Shown in pieces: positions 35,860 to 49,578 of a stretch of 64,000 bases of DNA (the first letter of the stretch is position 1; each line of letters begins with the position of its first letter). The position numbers and the translations under genes are program-made. The DNA is from Hemiscyllium ocellatum (lineage: Eukaryota): assembly GCF_020745735.1 (NCBI RefSeq), contig NC_083422.1, positions 20,956,001-21,020,000 of the forward strand. Direction: 5' to 3'. The notes under the pieces are model-generated. The model was not told the DNA's origin, ran no database searches, and saw only the letters and a list, made by a program, of their open reading frames with translations.

Positions 35860-37640
35860 AGGCAATTCAGCATTTCAAGCCTGTTTGCCATTTAACATGA
35901 TCATGGCTGATCTTCACCTGGTCTCAAGTCAACTCCACTTTCCTGCCTGCATCCCCCCCCCCACCCCCCCCACCCCTCCCCCACCATAGCCCTTTATCCT
36001 GCTTTTCATCAGAAACATATCTATTTCTTTCTTGAATCTATTGATTGATTCTCCCTCCACTGTACTCTGGGACAGTGAGTTCCACAGATCTATAACCCTC
36101 TGACAGAAGTAGTTTCTCCTCATTTTGAACTTTCCTCCTGTCACTCTACATCTATGACCTCTTGTTCAATATTGTCCCACAAGGGGAAACATCTGTCCCA
36201 TATCCACCTTATCAATCCCCTTTAGCATTTTATATTCCTCAATCAGATTCCCCTCTCATTCTTCTGAACTCAAACAAATACAAGCCCAAATATTCAATCT
36301 CTCCTCATACAACAGTCTTTTCATCCCTGGAATCAATCTAATGAACCTTCTCTGAACTGTCGCCAGTGCCACCACCTCCTTTTTCAAGTCAGGAGATCAG
36401 AACTGGATACAATATTCCAGATATGGTGTCAACATAATTATATAATTGTAACAACACTTCTTTCCTTTTATAATCCAGTTCTTTTGTCAGGATTTAATTT
36501 GCTTTTCTTATTATGTGCTGCATCACATACTCACTTTCAGCGATTCATGCACTAAAGATGCCTAGATCCCACTGTACTGATGCACTTTGAATTTGCTTCC
36601 CATTTAAATAATAACCTGCTCTTTTATTTAATGACTCAAATGGACAACCTCACATTTACCCACATTCAACTCCATCTGCCATGTTCTAGCCCATTCTCCA
36701 AGCCTGTCAATATCCATCTCTAAACTCTTTTAGCTCTTTAGCCTGCTTTCCCACCTATTTTAGTATCATCCATTAACTTTGCAATGTTGCATTCTGTCCC
36801 TGCTTGCAGATCATTTCTATAGATTGTAAATAGTTGAGGTCCCAGAATTGAACCTGTAGCACTTCACTAGTTACAGTTTGCCATCCATAGAAGGACCCAT
36901 TTATCCCAAGCCTCAGTTTCCTGTCAGCCAGTCAATCCTCTATCTAAACCAATAGTCTCTCCTTAACTTTCTAGATCAGTCTTTTTATGGCACTTTGTCA
37001 AATGCGTTCTGGAAATCCAGATGCACCACATCCACCGGATCCCCATTATCTACCTTGCTGGTTACATCCTCAAATAACCTTCAAAGGACACTTGACAGGA
37101 TAGATACAGAAAGGTTGCTTCCCCCTAAGGGAGAGTCTAGGGCCAGAGGGCAGAATCTCAAAATTAGGGCTCAATCATTAAAGGAAGATGAGGAGGAATT
37201 TCTGTTCTAAGTGGGTATTGAATCTGTGAAATTTTTCACTACAGAGGGCTACAGAAGCTCAATATATTCAAGGCCGAGATACACAGATTTATAATCAGTG
37301 GGCGAATCATGGGTAGAGGGAAAAGGCAGGAAAATTGACTTAAGGACTATCAGATCATAGAAACATAAAGGTGTATAGAATAAAACAGGAGTAGATCATC
37401 CAGCCCTTTGAACCTTCTCTGTCATTCAATATGATAATGGCTGATCATCCAACTCAGTACCGTGTTCCTACTTTCTCTCCAGCCATTTTCATCTCTTTAT
37501 ACCTAAGAGCTATATCTAGTTCCTTTTTGAATGCATTCAGTATTTTCTCAACTGCTTTCACTTGCAAAGAATTTGCAGACTCATCACTTTCTGGGTAATA
37601 GAAAAATTTTCTGCTCCTCTCAGTCCTAAACAGCATCCCC
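35860..37640. mobile_element. Cluster of CR1 fragments in both orientations
   Basis: CR1 C-terminal motifs in ORFs 35929-36144 (-), 36995-37210 (mixed) and 37454-37642 (-). A poly-C tract lies at about 35953-35985. Confidence 0.85.
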
Positions 37641-38837
37641 AAAAATTATTCATGTTCTCATTGAATGATAGACCGGATGGCTTGAATGGCCCACCATTGC
37701 TGCGACGTTTTATGGTCTAATTTAACATGAATATGAGGAGAAACGTCTTCACGTAGTCAGTGGGCAATCTTTAGCGTTCACTTCCCCAAGGGTATTTAGA
37801 AGTTGAGTCGGTGCATTTTTTAAGACTGAGATTGATACAATTTTGGGCAGTAGAGGAATCAAGGAATAGGGAAGAAAAATGGAAATTGTGTAGGAGTTTA
37901 GCCACCATCTTATTAAATGGTAAAGGGAGTTTGAAGAGCCCTATGGCCTACTCTGCTCCTACTTCTTATATTTTCAATTTTTGCTTCATAACTTACGTGT
38001 AATATTCAGAGAGAATCCTCAATTGAGCAAAGACAAGATAGTTCTGTGTTCATAGAATTTTTCTTGTAGTTATTATGTAAGTGAGAGCCATGTATTTGAA
38101 AAATAGAAATCCCAATCTTAATACAGATTATTACATTGTGCGTTGCATGATGGGATAGTCCTTCTTCTGAAATGTTTTCTAGCTTTGCCTCGAGAGAGAG
38201 AAAAATAGAAAGAAAAATAACTCATGCATGTTTCAGAGAAAATAGAAAAAAAAGAGGAAATAGAATGAGAGGACCAAAGAAGCTACACTTTTGATGGCAT
38301 TCCAATATTACTGCAGTAAAGTGAACAAAAGGCACAGACTAAGGAAAACTTCCAGCTGATCACTCTCTAAACCTCAGCAGTTGCAATGAACTATAGCCTA
38401 ACAACACTGAAGAACTTAGAAATCACATGGTATGCTTGATCCTTGTTCTCATTATGTGGGATCAATCACTGTTCTTCAGCTATCCATAAATTGGAGGTGA
38501 GTCCAATATATGGGTTTTCACATAAATATGTAAGGAATTTACAAGGTATCATTTTGAAGACCAAGTTGAATATCTTTAATGCAAAATGTCCCCAACTCTT
38601 TGTTCATCTGCAAGATACATGACATATTACAATGGCTTTGGGAAGAAGCTACACAAATTCCATGCATATAACTTATGACACATGTGTTGCATACAAGGCT
38701 GTCTAAAGAAAAGCAATAAATCACAGGGATGTACGAAAACTGTATGGCGATACTTCAGTTAAATAAATATTAATTTGTATAATGTTAGAATAAATAAATA
38801 TTCAAGGAGAAAGTGAGGTCTGCAGATGCTGGAGATC

Positions 38838-39022
38838 AGAGCTGAAAATGTGTTGCTGGAAAAGCGCAGCAGGTCAGGCAGCATCCAAGAAACAGAAAAT
38901 TCGATGTTTTGGGCATAAGCCCTTCATCAGGCATGAAAGGCTTATGCCCGAAACGTCGAATTTCCTGTTCCTTGGATGCTGCCTGACCTGCTGTGCTTTT
39001 CCAGGAACACATTTTCAGCTCT
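38838..39022. repeat. 185-bp palindrome made of two inverted Penelope pLTR ends
   Basis: 90-bp arms at 38838-38927 and 38933-39022, about 7 mismatches, 5-nt spacer CAGGC. The sequence matches the 3' end of the element at 34970-35087. Confidence 0.92.
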
Positions 39023-39884
39023 AAATAAGTATTTAGTATGTTCTCAGGTTAATAGAAAAGGAGGTATTGCTAGTGTTGGGAGAGTAACTGAGGGGAACTT
39101 TGTTATGTAAGAGGGATCATCATACCATAAGATTTAGATTAATGGTGGAAAAATAATAAATGTTAATATAAATTAGAAGGTCAAATTGGAAGGGTACTTT
39201 GGAAATGAAAATGAACTCCTTTCAATGACATGAGAATGGACCTAGCCAGGGTAAAATTGATTCAAAGGCCAATGATGATAACTGTAATGGGGCAATTTTT
39301 CTTTAAGGAAGAAATGGTGCAGGTGCAAGCTAGGTACGTTGCAACAAGAGAGAAAGGCAGGGAACTCAAAGCAGCACTTCCTGAATGAAGACAGAAATCA
39401 AAACAGAAAAGACAGGGTCTACAATGCATGTAAGCTGAATTCTTCAAGTGAGAACCAGGTTTGGTTCAATATTTTGAGAGGTGAATTGAAGAAGAATATA
39501 ATACTGGCAAACAGAGAATATGACAATAAGAATATGAAAATAGAATAGCTGCTAACCTAAAAGGGAATCCAACAATCTTCTACCAGAATGCAAAGAGGTG
39601 AAGTGGCTCCTACCAAAAATAAACAAAGTGACAAATTGTTAGAAATGTTGGAAAAAGTTAAAATACTTAATGAATATTTTGTATCAAAGTTTATTAAGGA
39701 AGAGGAATCCTAAAAATATTAATAGAAATAGAGATAGTAGATGCAATAGATAGATAAAAATTGAGAGAGATGAACCACTGGAAAGATTGGCTATGTTTGG
39801 GTTAGGTAAATTACCTGGTCAGGATAGATTGCATCCCAGTTTTCTAAAGGACATGGAAATGCAGTTCATGGAAGGTGAAAATGT

Positions 39885-40202
39885 ATAGAATCCCGACAGT
39901 GTCATCTGGCCATTAAGGCAAACCAACCTCCTGAACAGCATCCCATCCAGATCCATCCCCCTAACCTATAACCCCACATTTCCCATGGTTAATGTGCCTA
40001 ACCTACACAAATCTGAACACTGTAGGCATAATTAGTATGGCCAATCCACCTAATCTGCACATCTTTGGACAGTGGGAGGAAACCAGAGCACCTGGCACAA
40101 ACACCGGGAGAAAGTACAAACTCCACACAGACAGTAGGACTCAAATCCAGATCTCTGGCACTGTGAGGCAGCAGTGCTAACCACAGTGCTACCATGCCAC
40201 CC
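39885..40202 (-). mobile_element. V-SINE, diverged
   Basis: tRNA-like head and V-domain recognisable on the minus strand. Confidence 0.85.
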
Positions 40203-41046
40203 TGAATGGTCTGCCATCATCTTCCATATGGGTGTTATCAGCGTATTGGAGAGTGACAGATGTGACATCCTTATTCAAGAAAAGATGTAAGAACATTCTC
40301 AGAAACCATAAGTAATTAACTGAGGATAGTCAGCATTGATTTCTAAGCAATTTGATGAAGGAGCAGCCCTCCAAAAGTGAGTACTTCCAAATAAACCTGT
40401 TGTGATTTTTTAACTTTGATTTCTAAAAGGCATTTTCTGATGAAGTAAGAGAGAAGGTTGACTTAAAGGAGTGTGGTGTTTGTTGTCTCTACAGAATTTT
40501 AAAAAAGCATTTGACAAAACACCATATAATGGCAGGAAGTGAGGCTTGTGGTATCGGAGAGTCACTGCTCTAATGCATAAAATACTTCACTGAGGGACAG
40601 GAGACAGTGAGTTATATAAATGATTCTTTTCACACTGAAGGGGTGGTTGACAGTAGAGCTTTTTCAGGGTCAATGGTGGGACACTGTTTTTCTGAATATA
40701 AAGTAGAATTTCAAAATTTACCGACTATATCAAACCTGGAGGAGTTATGGAAGACGGCAGCCACTAGAGGAGGCAAGCTGGGTGTATTGGTGCAAGTCCT
40801 GAATCTGCAAAAGTAGAGAGAGTTAGTAGCAGGATATATATTCTGTTTTTTTTTCTGTCAGTCCCTGAAGTGAGGAGATTCTGAATCCCCTGTTAAATCT
40901 ACTCATCAAAACTAAAATTATTATTAATGTGAAAGTGATTGGCCAGCTTTCTGGTTACCTCATTGCAATATGAGGAAACGGGAAAGAGGAACCAATCAAA
41001 CTAGGAGAAGGGACAAACTGTTAAATGAATTGTCAGTACAGGATTA

Positions 41047-41370
41047 TCTTAGATTAGATTAGATTCCCCTACAGTGTGGAAACAGGCCCTTTGGCCCAAC
41101 AAGTCCACACCGACTTCCGATGAGTAACCTACCCATACCCCATTTCCCTCTGACTAATGCATCTATCATAATGGGCTATTCAGCATGGCCAATTCACCTA
41201 AACTGCACATCTTTGGACTGTGAGAGGAAACCGGAGCACCCGGAGGAAACCCACGCAGACACGGGGAGAATGTGCAAACTCCACACAGACAGTCACCCGA
41301 AGGCTGGAATCGAACCTGGGTCCCTGGCGCTGTAAGGCAGCAGTGCTAGTCACTGAGCCACCATGCCACC
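41047..41370 (-). mobile_element. V-SINE (HE1-like), full length
   Basis: Tail, V-domain and head present. A truncated second copy follows at about 41420-41620. Confidence 0.92.
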
Positions 41371-41619
41371 AAAACACTTTTTTCACTGAATCGTCATGAT
41401 ATATTACAGCAATTGAGTCCCTACAGTGTGTATGCAGACCATTCAGCCCATTGGGTCCACACCGACCTTCTGAAGAGCATCCCACCCAGACTCACCCTCC
41501 TACGCTATCCCTGTAACCCTGCATTTCTCACGACCAATCCACCTGACTTGGACATCTTTAGACTTTGGGAGGAAGCTTGGACACGCAGACATGGGAGACT
41601 ATGTGAAGTTTGCACATTC

Positions 41620-42520
41620 TCCCGTTGTGGGTGTAATACTGTTAAAAGACATTTGGATAGTTACGTGAATAGGAAAGGTTTGGATGGATGTAGGCCAGGA
41701 GCAGAAAGGTGGGGCTAGTTTAGTTTGGGATTATGTTTGGCATGGACTAGTTGAATCAAAGGGTCTGTTTCCATGCTGTATGACTCTATGACTAAGTGAC
41801 AGATGGGATTTAAAATAGAGAAGTGCAATGTGATGCTATTTGGCAGAAAGGATAAGGAAAGGCAAAATAGGATTAATGGCACAATTCCAAACAGTATGCA
41901 GGAGCAGAGGGATTGAGGGTGCAGGTACATTGACCTTTGAAGGTGATAGGACATAATAGGAGAATGGTTAACTATGCATGTGGATCTTTGCCTTCATAGA
42001 TAGAGGCATTGTGTACAAAAGCAAGGAAGTTATGTTGACCGTCTATGAAGCATTGGTTAGATTCCAGCTGGAATTCTGTATCCAGTACAAGTCACAATGT
42101 CTGAATGTGAGGATCCTTAAGAGGGTTCAGAAAGATTTTGTAAAATAATTCCAGGGTGGGGACTTTAGTAAAAAGGTTAAGTTGAAAAAGCTAGTGTTGT
42201 CTTCCTTTTTGATAATATTGAGGGGAGATTTGATAGAGGTGCACAAGAATATGGCAGATTTGGATAAAGTAGATGTGGAAAAACTGTTTGCATTAGCTGT
42301 TCGAACAAGGACAGGGGGATACAGGATTCTTATTCTTGGGAGGCAAGTGTGAAATACAACATTTTTTAAGCAGTAAGTGCCAGGAGGGTAGTGGAAGAGG
42401 AAACAATGATTTCAAAAAGAAGTTGATTAAGCCCCTAAAGGAAATAAAATTGCAGAGCTCTGGGGATTGAGTGAGACCCACTGGGTTGCTCCACAGAGAA
42501 GTTATATGAACTGAATGGGA
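41620..42520 (+). mobile_element. CR1 3' fragments
   Basis: CR1 3'UTR with an (ATGACTCT)n tail at about 41780, then a decayed RT C-terminus. Confidence 0.75.
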
Positions 42521-43329
42521 CAAATGGCCTCTTTCTGTGGTGTAAACATTCCTGGACATGAAATTCCTATTGTTCACTGTTGTAAAATCTTCCCACAGTC
42601 AGTGAAGGTATGAAAGGCTTGCTAGGTGTAACAAGATTCCTCCTCTTCTCTCCCGTTGTCTGAGCCAGGGTCACCAATGTGACATCAGAGAACCTGAAGC
42701 TTTCAGCCATTTTGTCAATGTCAAAAGTTCCTCTGCAACCAATGTATATCCCCTTTAAGAGATACTCACTGCCTCAAAGTGATACAGTGTGGACATGAAT
42801 GGCTGCATGTTTGAATTGTTATATTGGTCTGTAGCTTTAACATGGTCTCTGGATCAATGTTAAAGCAGCACATTCGGTGTACACCCTATATTCCTCTTTT
42901 CCAATCTCTTGGCCATTACAGAAAATCTAAATCACAAAGCTAGCAATCTCATACCCATCAAGTTAATCTGAGGACAAAAATTGTTCATTTGTTTTCGTAA
43001 CTTGTGAGCCCATTTAAAATAAATAGGCAGCAAGTATCAGCACCAAAGCATGAGGTTACATCCTGATCACTTTCAGCACAACCCATGTCGATTGCTTCAC
43101 TTTTGACATTGATAATATCGACATTGCATACAGTCACCAGAGTCTATATAAAATGCTAATTTGACACAGGACCTGCCATTTTCATCACATTAGTTAACAC
43201 CCTCTCTTAAAAATGTACATCTTAACAAGCAATCACCTGCATCAAGTATATCCCTGACCCTTAAAGGCATTCACCCTCAAAATTCTAGGAATTCTATAGC
43301 AAGTAATTCATTTCTTATCTCCATAAAAT

Positions 43330-43862
43330 CTGTCCAACATCCACAAAGCACAAGTCAGGAGTGTGATGGAATACTCTCTAGATGAGTGCAGCTCCAACAA
43401 CACTCATCAATCTCAACACCATCCAGGCAAAGCCGCCTGCTGGATTGGCACTCCAACCATCACCATAAGCATTGACTACCTCCATAATTAAAACACAGTG
43501 ACGGCAGCAGTGTGATCCATCTACAAGATGCACTGCACTAACTCACCAAGGCTCCATCAACACCACCTTGCAAGCATGTGACCTCTACCACCTAGAAGGG
43601 CAAGGGCAGCACATGCATGGGAGCATTACTACATGCACATTCCCTGCCTAGTCATATACTGTCCTGACTCAGAACTATATCACTGTCCCTCCAGTGCTGC
43701 TTAGTCAAAATCCTGAAGCTCACTTCTTAACAACACTATGGTTGTCCCTACACACAAAGAGTGAACAATTCAACAAGGCAGGCCAATTCTCCAGGACAAT
43801 TAGGGTTAGGGAGTAAATGCTGGCCCAGTCAGTGATGCTCACATCCCATGAACTAACCAAAA
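43330..43862 (+). mobile_element. 3' end of the CR1/L2-clade family seen at 1985-2560
   Basis: Shared motifs (ccatctacaagatgcactgca...ctcacatcccatgaa). Confidence 0.75.
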
Positions 43863-44549
43863 ACAGTTAGGTTATTTGCTAGCTATTTGTTTTGTCTCAG
43901 AGGATCATAAGTCTTTGGAATTCTGTTCCTCAAAAGGTGGTGGCAGTAGAATCTTTGAATATGTTTAAGACAGAGATGGATAGATTCTTGGGAAGGGGGT
44001 GAGAGGTTAACGTCTCATAAACGAGTGGCCTGGGTCATTTGATCTCCCATTTACGTTGCAATGTATTTAGGCTTACAGTGATAGAAAATGATCTGCACTC
44101 TTCCAAGTTGCTTAACTGCTTTATATTCCCAGTCAAGTGAACTGATTTTAAAATTACCTGGTAAGTCCTCAGTAATTAGAACCAAGATATGATTTTGGCT
44201 TACCTGTGACTAAATAAAAGAGGTGGTCAAGACTCAGTAGGTTGTTCTGCATCTTTCTCAATTTTGATGTCCAGTGACTTCAGTAACTAGTCTATAAAAA
44301 AGCAAATTTTTCTTTATGTCTTGTTCAGGATGGCTGCATGCAGATCAGGGGTAGATAATGAAAGGAATTGCAGATGTGAGTGGTGGTGTGTAGAAGCTAC
44401 ATTATACAAAGATAGAAGAGGCTTGATGGACCAACTGGTCTTTGTTCTATTTCTGTACGTTCCTGTAGTCTGGCAAATGGAGTTGCAATTCCCTGTCTAA
44501 GATCATGTGACTTTGTCACTGGCACCACCAGAGTCAGGAGGTCTGTGGA

Positions 44550-45770
44550 CTTTAGAAAGGCCTTTGACTAGATTCCACAAGGTGGACTGGTTAATCAGGT
44601 TTAGATCACGTAGGGTTCTGGGCTTGATCGTAGGAAATAGAGGATGATGGAAGAGGGTTTTTGTTCAGACTAGAGGCCTGTGACCAGCAGTGTGCCACAA
44701 GGATTGGTGCTGGGTCTACTGTTGTTCAACATTTATATAAATGATGTGGATGAGACTATAGGAGGCATGAATAATAAGTTTGCGGATGGTATCAAAATTG
44801 TTGGTATAGTGGACAGTGAATAAGATTATCTAAGAGTATAATGGGATCCTGTTCACCTAGGGCCAGTGGATGAGGAATGGTAGATGGAGTTTAATGCAAA
44901 TAAACATGATGTATTGCATTTTGATAAGACAAACCAGGGCAGGACTTATACAGTTAATGGGGAGTGTCATTGAAAAGAGAGATACATAGTTCCTTGAAAG
45001 TGGTGTCACTGATAACCCCGGCTGGGTGAAGAAGGCACTTGGCATACTTGCCTTCATTGGTCAGAGCATTGAGTATGTTGGGATGTCATGTTTTGGTTGT
45101 ACAGGACTTTGGTAAGGCCATTTTTGGAGTACTGTGTACAATTCTGTATGCCCTGCTCTCAGAAGGATGTTATTAGACTAGAAAGAGTGTAAAAAAGATT
45201 TACAAGGATATTACCAAAGCTAGATGGTTTGAGTTATAAAGCGAGGCTGGAAAAGCTGGGACATTTTTCCTTGGGGCATATGAAATTGAATGGTGATCTT
45301 ATACAGGCTTAACGCTGGTAAGTGGAGTTGAAATGCCAATCAGCCATGATTGTATGGCGGAGTGGACTTGATGGGCCGAATGGCCTTACTTCCACTCCTA
45401 TGTCTTATGGTCTTATGGTCTTATCATGAGGGGCTTGGCTAAGGTGAACAGCCAAGATCTTTTCCCCAGGGTAGGGGAGTCCAAAACTAGAGGGCTTAGA
45501 TTTAAGATGAGAGGGCAAAGACTCAAAAAAACCTGAGGGGCCACTTTTTTCATCAGAGGGTGGTACGTATATGGAATGAGCTGCCAGAGGAATGGATAGA
45601 GGTGAGTACAATTACAACATTTGAAAGACACCTGGACAGGTACGTGGACAGGTTTAGAGACATTTGGGCCAAACGCAGGCAAATGGGACTAGTTCAGTTA
45701 ACGAAACTGGGTCAGCATGGTCAAGTTGGGCTAAAAGGTCTGTTTCCATGCTATATGACTCTATGACTGA
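44550..45770 (+). mobile_element. Two abutting CR1 fragments
   Basis: RT motifs (QGLVLGLLLFNIYIND...KFAD) and two 3'UTRs ending (CTTATGGT)n and (ATGACTCT)n. Confidence 0.85.
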
Positions 45771-48153
45771 CAGGAGTAAGAATTCAGTGCTTTAGTGCAA
45801 TGGATATGGAAGTACCAATGACAGCTGGCTTCTGGGGAAATACCATCTACTCTCCCTTCTCTAAAGAAATATCTTGTGCCCACTTTGTCCCTTTACAAAG
45901 TAAACTATTTTTAAGTCCTTCAGTATTTTTTTAGGCTCCTCACAATTGGAGGTCTCAGCACTGGCCAAAGAATGGAAATTGAGAGCAGAGCCGAACTAGC
46001 ATGTATGGGAAGTATGAAGGCCAAGTCTCAGATTGCAGGTGTGTCATGGACCTGCAACACCATAGGGAATGTACTCCAGATATTCTAAAGAACTTGCCTG
46101 ATTTATGAGGGCTTTGCTATTTCTATGGGTATTTTGGTGTTATTGTGTGAAACTGAGAGAGCTAGCAAACTTTTCAGAGCCAACGTATGGGTAAATTTAA
46201 TTAATCTGGGTTTTTCTTGTTCTTATGTTATAAATAGTTGTTTTTAAATTTATAAATTTGGTTGTCTCATAATAATTATCCATTCAAGGGTTTTGGACAA
46301 GTTGTTTGATAAGCTAGTTTGGGGTGTTTTGTAAATAACAGCTTTTTTTTAAAATGTGCAGGAATTTTCAAGATTACTTGTTCTTCATAGGTATATTTCC
46401 ATCTGCAATTTATTCGCATTTAGGTGGATTATTAGATACCTGGTCATTTAATGAAAAGTAGCATCAATTTTGTTACCTTCTCTGGATTTGTGTCATGATA
46501 AACAAATGGCGTTACTCAGGGTCAGATGGCTTTAAGTGCTGTGAAACTCGAAATATATAATGCACTTAACACATTTAATTATGGAAATAGAAATATTCTA
46601 TTTTTACATGCATTTGAAGGACTGATTTTGCATGATTGTGTTGTCAACAGGGAACTTGTTATGCATGTAAAGAAAGGAGAAGTATGCAACATTTCATTTT
46701 CCTCTGTGCGAAAACTGAGAACTGGCACAGGCACACTGTGCCAAATGGCCTCCTTCTGTGCTGTGAACTTCAAAACTTCTCTGGTCCTGTAGCTACCAAA
46801 ACCCCCTGCTGCCAATGTGGATCAGGAACGTTATCACAGTATTGAACAGATTTCTCATGTGCAGATGCTTTGTTTTAATTATTATGTAATGAGATCAAGA
46901 AGGAGATGAGAAGTACTGTTATATTTGAGGAACTGTCAGTTATGAAGGAAAGACATGTGCCACTGTATAACTAAAACATGCTATATGCACATATTTATTT
47001 TGGTAAGTCTGATGTGTTTACGTACAATGACAATATGTGAGAGACACCAATATCTGTAGGTTAAAAGGCTTGTATATATGCATTTTGTGTTTTTTTTTCA
47101 TACTTCTGGGCACTGATGAAGAAACTCCACATGGAGTTCTAACTACCATTGCTAAAAGTATTTTTAGTGGTGTTATTCAATCCTTGTTTCTTAGATCTTT
47201 GATATCCTTATGTTATTTATCTTCAAGAAACTTCTCAATAGGATTTTTTTGTCTACATAACACCCCAGTGTACTGCTATTTAGCATTTAAGATCTTTAAG
47301 AAGATGTTGACTCAGGAAATAAATATGTGCACCAATGAAAATATGAAGGTCACTGATATAGAGGGGAAAATAGTGAAAAGAGATATACATGTTTGGGAGA
47401 GTGCAAAAAATACTAAAGTAAGTTTTGAGAAGATGGGAGATGACAATAAGACAAAGTATCTGGGAAATAATGAAGATTAGAAAGGAAGGATGGAAGCTAG
47501 ACTTTTAATTCTTTCTGTGAGAAATGTGAAAAGAGTTAAGTTTGTTTATCATGTAAATGGAAAGTTAAGTACTGTCTGCTCAGGTAATACAGTGCTAATT
47601 TAGTTTCCTGCATACCAATGAAAGCTGAAAATAAACACCGTATTCTGCATCCTGTCTGATAGAGTTTGAATGGCTAAAATTAAATTGTGGTGCTACAACG
47701 TTTAGCTTGAATCATAAGAACGTAAATTTATTGAATTTTGCAATCCTTAGTCTTGACTTTGCATTTTACTGCATTTCCTTCAGTAATTTGTTCTCTGACA
47801 AGTTGATTTATACATACATGTCCCTAATTTGAATAATTATTTTTAAAAAGTCAGTTGCAGCTGTCTTGGATCATTGCTGACAATTAAATTGCAAAATTGT
47901 CCCCATCTTTTTTTTGCAGTTCTAGCAAAACACAGTGACACCTTAATAGATGCATGACCTGAGTAGAGAGTGTAGACTTCAGGGCAGCTATCCTTCGTGG
48001 TTATGATGCTTCAGCTACTTTCACTCCAGTAATAAACTGCACTTTTTCCTCTGAAGGATTACCTTAGTGACTTGCATTGATGTTGTAATACCATTCACTA
48101 CAAGTCACAAAATGACAGATAATATTCTAATTGTTATGCTTTCCTTTCAATAG

Positions 48154-48328
48154 TGATTCAGTCACGCATATTGTGACAGAGAATAATTCTTGGAATGAAA
48201 TTTGGGACTGGATTCAAAACCTGAAGCTGTCAAACGCAGACAAGCTTAAGATGCTCAATATCTCCTGGTTCACAGACAGCATGGCTGCTGGAAAGCCTGT
48301 GGAGATAGAGGAATGGCATAAGCTTCAG
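48154..48328 (+). CDS. DNTT: DNTT coding exon 2: second half of the BRCT domain
   Basis: Acceptor ttcctttcaatag|T completes the Ser codon (AG+T) from exon 1, giving SDSVTHIVTENNSWNEIWDWIQNLKLSNADKLKMLNISWFTDSMAAGKPVEIEEWHKLQ. The exon is 175 nt and ends CAG|GTAAAT, phase 0. Phases fit exon 1 exactly; intron 1 is 29173-48153. Confidence 0.96.
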
Positions 48329-49071
48329 GTAAATTTTACCTTCCAGAACTAACTGTGGTGTCTAGTATAATGCATGTTTACTGTAAGGTTTGTCAGCATT
48401 CTTGAGTGCGTTAGGTTATTTTATTTCTACACCAGAGAGATTAAAGGCAGCTGATCATTCTGCACAAATCGAGCGTGTGCTATAAAATAGCTTAAACTGA
48501 ATAAAAATGGGATCTTATTCTGACAAATCAGTTGTTAATGGCTTCTAATCCAGATAGCAATAAGTTCCAAGCATATTGATAAGAAAGAACAACTGAAAGT
48601 ATATGTGCAAACAATATTTATATGACAGATTTGAGATTATTAAATATTACTCAGTGTCAGGCAACTGATGCACTTAAACAGTAAAAGAAGTTATTGACAT
48701 AATGGTTCATAGCACCATCCTCCAACACCTGTCCTCCATTACCCAGTCTTGTCAGTCTGTCATTCCTCCTTCCATTCCTACTCAATCATAATCAGAATAT
48801 CATTTGTAATGGCTTCTCTTTGACTCCTATAAAGTTGCATCGCAAGCTCCTAAGGATCTATCCTTGGCTCTGTCCTGTTTTTCATCCATTAGCTGTTCCT
48901 TAGTGACACTATCTGAAAACACAGTGCCAGTTTCCACAAGTATGCTGTTGATATTCTAATTCAAACTCACCGCCAACTGTCCTAAGCTCTCCACTGGCTT
49001 TAATTTGTCATGCTGCTTGTCAGACTTCCTCTGCTGGATGCAAAGAAATTTATTCTAATTAAATATTGGAA

Positions 49072-49400
49072 AGGCATGGTGGCTCAGTGTTAGCACTGCT
49101 GCCTCACAGCACCAGGGACCCAGGTTTGATTTCAGCCTTGGGCGACTATTTGTGTGGAGTTTGCACATTCTCCCTGTGTCTGTGTGGGTTTCCTCTGCTT
49201 GTTCCGGTTTTGTCCCACAGTCTAAAGATGTGCAGGTTAGGTGAATTGGCCAAGCTGAATTACCCATAGTGTTCATTGTAGGTTAGATGCATTAGTCAGG
49301 AGAAATGTAGGGGAATGGGTCTGGGTGGGATACTCTTCAGAGGGTCAGTGTTGACTGGTTGGGCCAAATGGCCTGTTTCCACACTATAGGGATTCTATAA
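49072..49400 (+). mobile_element. V-SINE (HE1-like), plus strand
   Basis: Head ggcatggtggctcagtgttagcactgctgc, V-domain and tail. Confidence 0.9.
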
Positions 49401-49578
49401 TTATATGATTCACTCCTTGTCACAAACTCCATTCACTAGCCAATCATTCCATCCCTTTCCTTGGCTACTGTCTCATGCTCAACCAGAATTTTTGAAATTT
49501 GACACTAAGGTGAAAGTTCAACCCCATTGCATTTCAATTATCATGATGTGATGGTGCTGGTGTTAGGCTGGGGTGGAC

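Noticed and set aside
35953-35985. G-quadruplex-forming poly-C tract as a regulatory element
   Set aside because: It is a simple expansion inside a CR1 3' region with no other support.
40360-40430. Additional active hammerhead
   Set aside because: The core is mutated (TTGATGA, CAAAA) and stem II is broken; counted only as a decayed family member.
47037-47480. 147-aa ORF in DNTT intron 1
   Set aside because: AT-rich, no recognisable domain and no convincing splice context; probably a chance ORF.
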